This document shows, piece by piece, positions 15,060 through 27,840 of a stretch of DNA of 64,000 bases (its first letter is position 1; each line of letters starts with the position of its first letter). Under the pieces are notes generated by a model, which made no database searches, was not told the origin of the DNA, and saw nothing but the letters and a program-made list of their open reading frames with translations. Location: NCBI RefSeq assembly GCF_009914755.1, contig NC_060936.1. One strand, 5' to 3'. Origin of the DNA: the human T2T-CHM13v2.0 reference genome, Homo sapiens. The translations under genes and the position numbers were made by a program.

Positions 15060-16135
15060 ATGAAGCCTAAACTTCATGGCTAGCTCTTCAGTCCACAAAT
15101 CACTGAGTAACAGATGTGTATCATGATCAGCAACTAATCACGTCACATCTCTCAACATTTGTCAGTGAATGGTCACTGAGCATCTGTTACTCGGTTCACA
15201 CATAGACAGCAAAGCATGCAGTTGTATTGCCTCCTTGTCTCCCAGGGATAAACCTTTGTGACATTTTACAAAAATGAATAATTGAGAGAGGGAATTGGCC
15301 AAAAAAAGTGAAAGTGCAGCAAAGAAGCAAAAATGATAACACTGAAAGTGAATTTTGACTTTCATGTAAATGGAGTTATAGAAGAAATAGCTGATTGTTG
15401 GAAGGGTGACAATGTTGCCTTTGGAAAGGCTCAATCTGTGGACAGAGGAACTTAACTAAAGGGAACTTATCGGCATAAATGAGGAAATAGTTGTGATGAA
15501 ATGGATGAAAATGTCCCAGAGGAAGACACCAGAATTTCTATGTCTCAACTAATCGTCAAGCACTTTTCTAAGTTTTGGATTAGCTTCTAACATTTTATCC
15601 TTTACACTGCCAATGTCATGAAATATCTGTGAGAAATCCTTTAATGGCAAGATTTTTGCTGGTGTCTTCCTCTGGGACATTTTCATCCATTTCATCACAA
15701 CTATTTCCTCATTTATGCCGATAAGTTCCCTTTAGTTAAGTTCCTCTGTCCACAGATTGAGCCTTTCCAAAGGCAACATTGTCACCCTTCCAACAATCAG
15801 CTATTTCTTCTATAACTCCATTTACATGAAAGTCAAAATTCACTTTCAGTGTTATCATTTTTGCTTCTTTGCTGCACTTTCACTTTTTTTGGCCAATTCC
15901 CTCTCTCAATTATTCATTTTTGTAAAATGTCACAAAGGTTTATCCCTGGGAGACAAGGAGGCAATACAACTGCATGCTTTGCTGTCTATGTGTGAACCGA
16001 GTAACAGATGCTCAGTGACCATTCACTGACAAATGTTGAGAGATGTGACGTGATTAGTTGCTGATCATGATACACATCTGTTACTCAGTGATTTGTGGAC
16101 TGAAGAGCTAGCCATGAAGTTTAGGCTTCATGCAA
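15056..16135. repeat. Perfect long inverted repeat: 477-bp arms (15056-15532; 15659-16135), 126-bp spacer
   Basis: Position i pairs with 31191-i across both arms; identical 90-aa ORFs on opposite strands (15162..15434 -, 15757..16029 +); first mismatches at 15055/16136 and 15533/15658. Confidence 0.99.
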
Positions 16136-16260
16136 TTACTCACAGCTAATATACCATGGTAGCTAAACTTGAACCATGTTGTTGGAACTGGTGTTACTTA
16201 ACTCAACCATGGTAACTGAAATTTGTGCATTTTAGAACCATGAGAAACAAGAACTGTCTG
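15533..16260 (-). mobile_element. TcMar-Tigger DNA transposon fossil (Tigger6-like); one terminus at ~16260, other end missing
   Basis: Terminus reads cagacagttcttg on the minus strand; decayed ERELAKKSESAAKKQK..ITLKV Tigger-like N-terminus; continuous through spacer, right arm and 125 bp beyond. Confidence 0.75.
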
Positions 16261-16765
16261 CATTTGATTTCTTAAAACAATTCTTGGGGAAAAGATTAAA
16301 ACTGCCATAATCAGTGTCACAATAAGAGAACCTGAAGCATTTACTTTTGGGTACCAACAAAGCATGTGTCTCAATTTTAAATCATTAATAAAAAATGTAA
16401 TTTTATCCTTAATTTTTTCCAGTGTAGAAGTTTTTTTTTTTCTTTTTTTAAAGCTAATCTTATTGCCACTCACTCCTTGGAATTAATAAATGTAACTATT
16501 GATCAAATTCACAATTGAAATATTTTGTATTGACATGCAAAATAATTTCCTAGGATCACACTTGAGTAATCAACTATTAGTTTCTTTTAGAATTTATCTT
16601 ACATTAGCGTAAACACACACACAATCTCTTACTCATCCATGCATACTTAATGATGTATATAAAACAATGACATTGAACCCATAGAATGTACAAAGATCAG
16701 AATACAGATGTAGAAATAGTGCTTACATATGGAGTTTACACATTGAATTATAACATACATACACA

Positions 16766-17345
16766 AAGTCAGTTCTGCTATAATGCTTGTTTGAGAATAT
16801 GCATTTGTCCTATTAGGGAACAATTTGAACACAATGCAAATTTTGCATTTGCGTATGCACAATTTCACACAAGAGAAACACTAGGTATGTGCAGAAAACT
16901 GCACCCAGATGAACGAAGCTGCACAGGGCTACACAAAAGGCCCACACTTCAGACATCTACCAGCTACGTTATTTCACCATGCATATCCTGAGCCACATTT
17001 GTCCACACCCATTGTGACAACTGTCTGTTAAGTTTTAGATAACCCTTTACAATTTCATAACAAGTAAAAGCTATAATCCTTCAGATGCTTTCTTCCACAA
17101 GCAAATTTCAGGTCCCTTTCAAAGTAAAATCACATATTTATTATAGTATTTGTGCATTTTTTAACCATTTAAGATGGAAAAAACTGTGTTACTGCTTTTT
17201 TAAATTGGTTTCTATCTTTTTTTATGTGTCAGTGACAATGGTACGCCCTAACCCCATAAGGCCTGTGGTTTTTATTGTGCAATTTTGCATAGTGCACTGA
17301 TTTTTTTTTTGAAATGTACACATCGTGTTGCATAGATTTATGTAG
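16766..17345. mobile_element. TcMar-Tigger non-autonomous fossil (Tigger8-like)
   Basis: agtcagttctgctataatgc start; ctaaccccataaggcctgtggtttttattgtgcaattttgcatag near the other end. Confidence 0.65.
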
Positions 17346-17649
17346 ACTATAAAAAGAATGTATATGACTTTTTCTCTCCAAAGATTAAAATTTACTAGTA
17401 TAAAATTATTTAAAGTCTGAGTGGTGGAGCCCATGGTGTGACATTGCTTTTCAGGGCTTTAAACATCTTCTATGTGAGAAAGCCAAGTTTAAAAAATAGT
17501 CAAAAGGATGATTACCCAATCGAACCTCTAAAAACAAACCCATGACCGTGAAGGCTGTTTGCCTATTCTATCAGTAAATTCATAGTTGATGAGGAGAATT
17601 TTCAGCTTCTGCAGAGAGGCTCTATCTGTCTAGCTTTGAATTGTCTAAA

Positions 17650-18131
17650 CTAGTTGTTCTCAAACTTGAGTGTGCCTTGGGATCACCTGAAGGGCTTGTC
17701 AGATGCACGTTGCTGAGTTTCTGGATCATTAAGTCTTGGGTAGTACTCAAGAATTTGCATTTTCAATAAGTTCCCAGATGGTGCTAGGGCAAACTTATCC
17801 ACTAGGCACAGTAACACAGCACCTAAAAGTTGGACACTAAAAGTCCAATTTACTTTTAGTGAACCATGAAAATAGTTTGATTTTAATCTCTCTTCAAATC
17901 AGAATAAAATAATGAATATGATAATAATGAATGTATATGAGGAATCCAACCTAGAATATATTCATCTTTATATTAACGCAGTATAAAAATATTAATTCTA
18001 TTTGTTTATGTATTTCTAATGAAGGAGGGGACATGTGAAGGCAAAAGGGCCCCTGGTCCATGGAAGTCATGATGTGGCCCTGGCTGATGCAACTGCTGCT
18101 GCAGGAAGCATATGTTGAGAAGCGCTACTCT
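17650..18131. mobile_element. MER5A-like hAT-Charlie, split by a MER96B-like insertion
   Basis: gttctcaaacttgagtgtgc..gatcacctgaagggcttgt..gaatttgcatttt..aagttcccag, resuming gctgatgc..ttgagaagcgct. Confidence 0.75.
17785..18082. mobile_element. MER96B-like hAT-Tip100 element
   Basis: (t)agggc..acttatccactaggcacagta ... gtcatgatgtggccctg termini; degenerate 8-bp TSD gatggtgc/gctgatgc. Confidence 0.7.
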
Positions 18132-18939
18132 GAACTCACTGATCTTTTGAGATTTGTTAGTGTTCTGCTTTTCATTCTGAACTCTTTTGACTCTGTGCTG
18201 TTTTTACTCAGAAGAAATAAAGTTTTTAAGCCCCCTGCAATGCAAAGGAAGTCAATGGAACAACAAGCTAGTTTAAGCTCAGGAGATGTGAGGAACAACA
18301 CATGGTCAGAAATGTGTTTCTGATGTGGTCTTTCTATTCCTCACTCTGATGTAAGTTTTAAATTACAACTACATGTGTTGTACCTCCATCATTGCAAAAG
18401 AACCAGTTTAAAGATCCAACTAGTGAAGAATCTGGTCTATAAGACAATGCCTTAATAACACTCCAGATGCCATACTGTTCAAAAAACACTTACACTTTTC
18501 CATTTAGGATCCATCTGTTCCTCACAACCCCCTGTTCCATAGGTATTGCATTGTACTGAGCAGCAATATTCTAATATTTGGTAGCAATAAGAATAAACAA
18601 AAAACGTCCCCCACCCCACAAATCACTCACAGGATAAGCAGAGTTTAGACAAACAGCCCCTTATTACCATGGGGCAACTCTTATTTTTGTTACAGCTCCT
18701 GTGTTCCTACTCTTTCCAAAATCATTGCTACAAAAACTCAATAAACAATGAAATAAATGCATTCATAGTGTACTATAACACCTTAAGCATTCTCAATACT
18801 CTTTCCTACTTAATATAATCACTAATGAAAAAGAGGTTATATATGAAACAAGCAAAGCTTTTGTTGTATTTTTGAAATTTTAGACCTTTTATACATTCAT
18901 TTTGGAAACTATGAAACCTACTGACTGACAGGCAAAAAG

Positions 18940-19365
18940 AAGAAAGTAAAAATAATTCATAAGCCCACTTCAGAGATAAATAACCATTGGTAATATTTTG
19001 TTATTATTTACATATATTGTTGGTTTTCATGTATAGTATTTTTTAAAATAGATGATACAGTTTATAATGTTTACAATTTTACTTTAAAGCCTAGCAATAT
19101 ATTACAAACCTAAAGAATAAATCATGGGGTTAAAATTTTTGCATGAAATTCCATATGAATGGAGTTTCTGTTCTTAAATAACCAATTCCTTATTATTGGA
19201 GATTTAGGTTGTCTCTTATTTTCTGTTACAAACAAGGCTCTGAAGAACATTTTTTGTGTGGATGGTCAAATATTTATTTCTTTAATTTAGGGAAATGGAA
19301 TCCCTAGGTTAAAAAGACTGCTATTTTGAAGGTTTCTGACTCATATTTTCAAATTGTGCTTTAGC
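18940..19365 (-). mobile_element. Old L1 (L1ME-like) 3' fragment
   Basis: accaattccttattattggagatttaggttgt...ttacaaacaaggctctgaagaacatt. Confidence 0.65.
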
Positions 19366-20093
19366 TCCAGGACTCCTCCGATTAACATCAACAAGGAGGT
19401 ACTATGCAGTGAAATTGGTTCCACTATCTGATATAAAAAGACCAAATAACTCTGGAGGTACATTTAGCAATAATTGAAATCTGGGGCAAAACACATAAAA
19501 TGTCGTCACGAATTGATAAGAATGCACCAACGCAGGCTGTGGGGTGGGAGAAAGGAGACGGAGGAGAAGAGAGAAACTGGACCGTGAGCAATGTGCTCTT
19601 CACTTCCGGTCCCTGGCTCCTTTACCATGCATCAGCTCCTGAGGGGTCTATGTGGAGACAGAGGAATATCTCCACTTCAGCTGAAGAGGCAGTGATGACA
19701 GGAGAAAAATTACAGATTTTAATAATTATTAAAATTCTGCCCTTTAAATTTTGGTGCCTTGGGGCAAAGTTATGACCAGCTCATCTAAGTTGTAGTTCTG
19801 AGGAACTTCCTGTCTTTACCTTGGTGGTCTTGGAGAAGTGGTACAACCCAGCCCCAATGGCAGATGACTCTAGAAGAGACCCTTCCAAAGCAGGATAAGT
19901 TTCACCCTTATGGGAAATCAGGATGGTAAGTTTCACCCTTATTGGAGTGGTAGGGCTCCCTGGAGTGTTGTGTTGAGAAGGATCCTGAGCTGCAACCAGA
20001 AGAGGTGGGCAGAGGGCTGTGATTGGTTGATAATATCTGTTATGGGCACAGGAATGGAGATTAATAGACTGACACCAGAGTATTCATTAGGCC

Positions 20094-20503
<410 letters not shown>

Positions 20504-20552
20504 TAGTAATAGGAATCCACCTGCTCAAGGCATTGTTTTTCTTTAAAACATA

Positions 20553-20676
20553 TTGTTTTTAATAGCGACAGGGTCTCATTAGGTTGCCAAGACTAGTCTC
20601 AAACTCCTGGGCTCACGTGATCCTCCTGCCTCAGCCTCCCAAAATGCTGGGATTACCAGCATAAACCACTGTGCTC
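20553..20676 (-). mobile_element. FLAM / Alu monomer
   Basis: Single antisense monomer. Confidence 0.8.
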
Positions 20677-21755
20677 CTCCCTTTTTATTAAGTGAAAAAT
20701 ATTTTAATGAATTTGTGTGTTTACAGTTTTTTTCCCATTTTCCCTGTTTTCTATTTTTTTAAAAAAGGTGAAAAAGTATAAAGTCTATTACCATAAATTT
20801 CAGCTTCCTGTTTATATGAGCATTTAATATAAAGTAGAAAAAGGAAAACATAGGGGAAAAGAAAACAGAAGGAGAGAAAGTGAGGGAGATATTAGCTGAA
20901 ATTTGTAGAGGGGAAAGAAATGTACACTTTATCCTGCAGAGAAAAAAAAATGAAGGTAAATATGGACATGAGTTGGGAAGAAAAAGGAAAAAAGGAGGAA
21001 GCGAGAGGGAAGGAAGGAGGGATGGAGAGAGGTCTCACAGTTCTTGAAAAGACTAACTGTGCTAGTAAAAATGAGCAGAGTGAGTGAGTACAGACAGAAG
21101 AAAATCTGTTTAGTCTTATCAAAGTTAGTTGATGTAGGCTTTGAGATGCTGCCTCATTGGGAGCCCAGAAGAATTTTTGTTGAATATGCAATTACATGAA
21201 GAAGCCAACAAATAGTACCGGTCAATTTCTTCTAACATCTTGCTTCCAGGAATGCTTCGCTTCTATTAAGGCTGATAGTTTGCCTAAGGACAATGAATCA
21301 GAATGGTGACATCTCATAATATTCTCATATACAAATTCTCCTAACTCAATAAAAGTAAATGCAAATCTGCTGTCAGAAGCTATAGTGTCTGGCAAAACAT
21401 GTGATATAAATAATTGGTGTGGGGTTGTCATTTTGACAGCAGGCATTTGAAATGAAACTGAGGTTGGACTGAGGCCACTGGCATTAGTTTTAACACTTGA
21501 ATAATCCTGCAATATCAATATGCAATTTTGACCAAAAATTTCTTGAGTCACTTCCTAGGAAAATGTTTGTGCTTTTGGAGTGTTATGTTTAATTTCTTGA
21601 CATGTACTAGACTAATCTGGTCTTTTGTTTTCTAATTCTTCTTGAAAAATCAAATTGATTTAAAATTTTAAAAGGTGTACACATCTAATTTGACATGTAA
21701 ATAACACATCAGCATATAAAATTAAAACTGAGTGTCTCTTCAAAAAGAAGGAATG

Positions 21756-22061
21756 GGCCGGGCATGGTGACTCAGGCCTGTAATCCGAGCACTTTGGGAG
21801 GCCGAGGAAGGTGAATTGCTTGAGTCCAGGAGTTCCAGACCAGCCTGGGCAACATGGCAAAACCTTGTCTCTAAAAATAAAAATAAAAAATTAGCCAGGA
21901 GTGGTGGTGCGCTCCTGTAGTTCCAGCTACTTGTGAGGCTGAGGTGGAAGGATCGTTTGAGCCTAGGAGGTCAAGGCTGCAGTGAGCCCTGATGGCTGGT
22001 GCCACTGTATTCCTGGGTGGCAGAGCAAGACCCTGTCTCAAAAAAAAAAAAAAAAAAAAAA
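21756..22061 (+). mobile_element. Alu, AluJ-type
   Basis: Full dimer with long A tail; TSD aaaaagaaggaatg. Confidence 0.94.
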
Positions 22062-22104
22062 GAAGGAATGTTCCTCAATCCCCAGGAGTAGTTAAGAGTT
22101 TCCT

Positions 22105-22157
22105 AAACCTGCACATCCTGCACATGTACCCCTGAACTTAAAATAAAAGTTAGAAAT
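22105..22157 (+). mobile_element. Tiny L1 3' terminus (old L1PA/L1PB)
   Basis: aaacctgcacatcctgcacatgtacccctgaacttaaaataaaagtt. Confidence 0.85.
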
Positions 22158-22158
22158 A

Positions 22159-22451
<293 letters not shown>

Positions 22452-22652
22452 GACAGAATTTTTTTTTTTAAAGTTTAAAAAATAAAAAACAAAAAACAGT
22501 TTCTCCTTTGGCTGTGCCTCCAATGCATCAGGCACACTCTTCAGCCTCAGGGCCTTTGCCCTTCCTCTTCCTTCTACCTGGAATGTTATTTTCCCACATA
22601 TGTCCGTGGCTTGCTCCTCACTTCCTTTAGGAATTTCCTCAAATATCACCTT

Positions 22653-22941
22653 GTTTTTTTGTTTTTTTGTTTTTTTATTTTTGAGATGGAGTCTCGCTCT
22701 TTCGCCCAGGCTGGAGTGCACTGGCACGATCTTGGCTCACTGCGAGCTGCGCCTTAGCCTCCCGAGTAGCTGGGACTACAGGCGCCCGCCACCATGTCCG
22801 GCTAATTTTGTTTTTGTATTTTTAGTAGAGACGGAGTTTCACCATGTTATTCAGGATGGTCTCAATCTCCTGACCTTGTGATTCACCCACCCTGGCCTCC
22901 CAAAGTGCTGGGATTACAGGCATGAGCCACTGCGCTCGGCC
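22653..22941 (-). mobile_element. AluSc/Y-like with internal deletion
   Basis: gcgagctgcgcc joined directly to ttagcctcccgag; TSD caaatatcacctt. Confidence 0.92.
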
Positions 22942-23064
22942 AAATATCACCTTCTTAATGAGGCCTTCCCTGACTATCTTCTCCAACACTGTAGCCCTGT
23001 CTCTGTCCAACATTCCTACCCCCGCTCCACCCCACCAAGGACTAGAAGCTCCATGAGGCAGGAG

Positions 23065-23381
<317 letters not shown>

Positions 23382-23674
23382 AACAAGGATTTTTTTAGAA
23401 CTGTTTTATTCTTGCTGAATTCCCAGAGCCCAGAAAAATGCCTGACACATAGCAGGTACTCAGTATATATTTGTTGAATAAATGAATTTACACTTATTTT
23501 TAGAAATATTGGAATATGTTATTATACATACAATTTGACAGCTTTTTAAATATACTCAAAAGTGGATCATAGATATCTTTTCATTTTGGTACTTAAAGAT
23601 ATCCCTTATTTCTTTTAATGGCTACATAGTTTTTTTCTTATGAAACAAGTACTATAAACTGGCCATTCTTCTTC

Positions 23675-23961
23675 TTATTATTTCATTTCATTTTAGTTTT
23701 TTGAGACATGTTCTCACTCTGGTTGCCCAAGCCGGAGTGCAGCGGTGTAATCACAGCTCACTGCAGCTCCAGCCTCAACCTCCCAGGCTCAAATGATCCT
23801 CCCACCTCAGCCTCCTGAGTATCTTGGACTACAGGCACATGCCACCATGCCCAGCTACTTTTTAAAAATATTTTTTGTAAAGATGGGGTTTCCCCACGTT
23901 GCCCAGGATGGTCTCAAACTTCTGGCCTCAAGCAATCCACCCACCTCAGCTTCCCAAAGTG
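23675..23961 (-). mobile_element. Alu, AluJ-type, 5'-truncated
   Basis: Ends at cccaaagtgc; TSD-like cattctt. Confidence 0.9.
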
Positions 23962-24171
23962 CATTCTTATTTTGATGTACATGTGATTTTGCTCCAATTT
24001 TAATTAATTAATTTATTTATTTATTGGGGAGATGGGGCAGTGCTCCAATTTTTAATACAAAAAAATAATGCTGCAATGAATATCACTGCTCATATATTCT
24101 CTTCGGGCGCTTTCAATATGACAATAGAGTCCAGGCCACCAGACACTGTTTCTTGGCAAAACTTTCATATA

Positions 24172-24756
24172 CAGTGAGTCCTCAATGTCATTGTAAATAG
24201 ATTACTGGAAACTGCTACTTTATGCAAAACCATGTATAATGAAATCAAGTTTACCATAGGCTAATTGATATAAATAAGAGTTAAGTTCCTATGGCATATT
24301 TCTGGTCACAACAACATCACCAAGTTTCTATATAAACACTCAAAACCCTTATAATACTAAAAATTGAAGTAAATAAAATAATTTGTATTCATTTATTTAT
24401 CCATTTTCCAACCCTCTGATTCCAGGTCAGGGTCTTGGGTGGCCAGAGCCTGTCCTGGTGGCTCAGGGTGTGAGGGAGGAACGAACCCTGGACAACATGC
24501 CATTCAGTTGCAGGGTGCAGTCACATGCATACTCACACTCACTCAGACTGGGGTCATTTAGACATGCCAGTTAATCTAAAGTACACAACTTTGGGATGTG
24601 GAAGGAAACCAGAGTCCCAAGAGAAAACCCACCCAGGCCTGGGGAGAATAGGGAAACTCCACATTGACAGTGGCCCAGCCAGGATTTTCTTTTTTTCCTC
24701 ATCAACATTATAACAAAACAATGTTGAACAAAATGATATCATATGAGGACCTGCTG
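24172..24756. mobile_element. MER82-like TcMar-Tigger element
   Basis: cagtgagtcctca...gaggacctgctg termini; ttaccataggctaattgatataaataagagttaagttcctatggcatatttctggtcac. Confidence 0.8.
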
Positions 24757-24893
24757 TGTACAATTTGCAATTTGCTGCATTTTTTTGTGGCTAAGAATAT
24801 GTGATAACTACTTTATGAAATACCATATCATTTCTCTTTATTATTAGTTCATAAATGAGCAAATAATTCTTATTCTTTAAATTCATCAAATAG

Positions 24894-25390
24894 TGTATCC
24901 AACAGAGTCCCTAGCAAGAACAAATGGCACACTCAAAAAGGGTGGCAGAAGAGAGTTTAGTAAAATCATTTACAAAAGTGTAAGCAGGGTTAAGGGAAAC
25001 CGTCAGTAGTCAGTAAAGCACCCCAGGGTTGGCAAAAGTGGGAAGCCGTTACTGGTTCTGGCTGAAGGGGAAAGAGAGGGAACAGTTCCTAGAATATAGT
25101 GAGACCTGCAGCTGCAGAGAGAGTCATTCACTGGAAGCTGTGTTTTCAAATAAAATTATGTAGTCATCGCTAAGCTATGGCCCCTTCAGGGAGAGAGCTG
25201 GGGGAACAAAGACCTGAAGCTCTCTTTCCTCTTACCTTTCAAGTTCCCACTAGAACCCTTCACTGGCTGGACCCAACCAGAAGCCAGGGGGCAAGGAAGC
25301 AGTCCATAGAGTATCAGCTCCCTGAGCCCAGAACAGAGTAGAGAACAATGGAGAGTGAATCTGGAGGGACAAATCAAAAATATCTAGCAC
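24894..25390 (-). mobile_element. ERVL solo LTR (LTR33-like)
   Basis: Minus strand begins gtgctagatattttt..gtccctccagattcactctcc and ends ..ggataca. Confidence 0.65.
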
Positions 25391-25485
25391 CAATAGTTTT
25401 CTGTTAGCTTTGCTTCTTCCCTCCACATTTGGTTAGCTCACTGGCCATTACCAGGGAGTTCTAATACCAAAATGTCCATAGTAGA

Positions 25486-25534
25486 CAGCACTGCCTACAC
25501 AAATAGAATTTGCAGCACTGCCTACACAAATAGA
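25486..25534. repeat. Perfect 22-bp direct repeat with 5-bp spacer
   Basis: cagcactgcctacacaaataga at 25486-25507 and 25513-25534. Confidence 0.95.
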
Positions 25535-25646
25535 GCATTCAATGCTCTTCTAGGCTTACAGACAAGAAAGGAGTTGTAAGCACAGTAACTGGGAAGCTCT
25601 AATGATGCAAACATGATAGGGTGCACCACCACAACTAGTACTAACC

Positions 25647-25972
<326 letters not shown>

Positions 25973-26061
25973 TGGTATTTTAATCTTTAAAGCATGATTT
26001 TGGAGCCAGATAATTTTTGGGATTGGATCCTTACTTCTGATCTTTGCTAGCCATATGAACT

Positions 26062-26266
26062 TGGGCTATCCAATATGGTAGCCACTAACCACATGTGGTT
26101 ATTTAAATTTGTATTTATATAAACTAAAAGTAAATAAAAATTCACTTCATTTGCTCTTCCTACAAGTCAGGAGCTCAATAACTTACGTGGCTAAGTGGTT
26201 ACCATATTGGGCAGTACAGATATAGAACTGTTCCAGCATTGTAGAGAGTTTTATTGGACAGTGCTG
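26062..26266. mobile_element. MER3-like hAT-Charlie nested in a MIR (~25990-26410)
   Basis: tccaatatggtagccactaaccacatgtgg...ttattggacagtgctg; MIR motifs either side. Confidence 0.75.
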
Positions 26267-26683
26267 GGCTTAATGCTTAAACTCTCTGAACTCATCATAC
26301 AATAGCACTTAACTGGTGGGTTTATCTGAGGATTGAATAACTTACTATACATAAAGTTCTTAGCAAACTGCAGGTCACAGAGTAGGTGCTCAGTAAATGG
26401 TAGCCATAGAACTGACAACAGTAACAACAAAAGCAGCAACATAATTGTGACATATCATATCCCTGGGGATACTTTCAGCAATATTCTTACACAAGGCTTT
26501 CTGCCAAAGCTGTGGAGGCTTCCAGGCTTCAGCAATAATCACACAGCTGTTGCTGATGAGAACTCTGTGTCACTGAGCTCAGAGGCTCCTCATTATGAAA
26601 GCTCCTTGGCATTGCAGAGAACTGACTAGCAGGCCTCCATCTTGCAAGTGTGGTCCTGCACGTCTCTTGAAAACACTGCTCCA

Positions 26684-26988
26684 GGCCGGGCGCAGTGGCT
26701 CACACTTGTAATCCCAGCACTTTGGGAGGCTGAGGCAGATGGATCACCTGAGGTCAGAAGTTCAAAACCAGCCTGGCTAAAATGGCGAAACCCCATCTCT
26801 ACTGAAAATACAAAAATTAGCCAGGCATGGTGGCACACGCCTGTGCTCTCAGCTACTTGGGAGGCTGAGGCAGGAGAATCGCATGAACTTGGGAGGTGGA
26901 GGTTGCAGTGAGCTTACATCACGCCACTGCACCCAAGCCTGGGCAACAGAGTGAGGGTCTATCTCAAAAAAAGAAAAAAAGAAAGAAA
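26684..26988 (+). mobile_element. AluSx-like
   Basis: ggatcacctgaggtcag; TSD aaaacactgctc. Confidence 0.94.
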
Positions 26989-27439
26989 AACACTGCTCTG
27001 TCCCGAGACATTTTTCCATAATCTTTTGAATATGATACGATTCCTGTTTTTTTCTGGTGGCTTGAAATGGCATGCTCTGTCAACATATTCTTTTCACAGA
27101 AGCTGATTTTGTTTCATTTTTCTTTGTGTCTGCAAACAGAATATGGTTTTAATCTCCCACAGGACTTGTAATTATCATCTTAAGCTTCTAAGTAACCATA
27201 CTATTGCATCTCTATATCATGTCAAGTAACCAGTTTGATTCATGTTTTAATGGAAATTGTTTAGTTATCATGTAGTCAAATTTACAGAATATATTAGTGA
27301 TTTGGGGACATAGGTTTTAGAATCTCTAGAATGAATCCCCTATTCCTTAAGTGGAATGAGAAAACCATTGGTCAGCCACCAAATATAACTCATTTCTTCC
27401 ACTTTTCTCTATTTCCATTATTCCATCTCCATATTCCAA

Positions 27440-27735
27440 ATCACCATTATTTTTCTTCTCATAATCAATTTTCCACCCTGCTTAAAACATCCAATGCCTT
27501 CCTGATGCTCTTAGAAAAGAATCCAAATGCCTGTCCATGAGCTTTTATTTTCTTCAGAGAACTTACGTCTAGCTGTAATTATTTATCTGCTCTCCTGTTT
27601 ATTTTCAGTTTCCCCTCCTGCCACTGTTCCTGCAGATTTCAGCTCCATGGGAGCAGGAATCTTGTTTCCTCACTGAACATTATGTTCTCAGCTCCTGGAA
27701 AAGTGCCTGTTACAGAGCAGAAGCTTTCAAAAGGC
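27440..27735 (+). mobile_element. L2 fragment
   Basis: cctgcttaaaacatccaatgccttcc; agctccatgggagcaggaatcttgtt. Confidence 0.65.
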
Positions 27736-27840
27736 TTCAAGGCCATCTTCAGGCAGGATGTAAAGAGTAAGCTGCAAGCTTTTAATTTACAACCTAGTAC
27801 CATGTTTACTGCATTCCGATGTTTTTCTCCCAAAGCCCAA

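Noticed and set aside
15105-15192. Small hairpin (gagtaacagatg / catctgttactc) nested inside each palindrome arm
   Set aside because: Appears to be an intrinsic sub-terminal feature of the Tigger element, not a separate event.
15162-16029. Two identical 90-aa ORFs (MSLSKGNIV...) as a duplicated gene
   Set aside because: They start at TTG rather than ATG, run antisense to the Tigger remnant, resemble no protein I know, and are identical only because of the inverted repeat.
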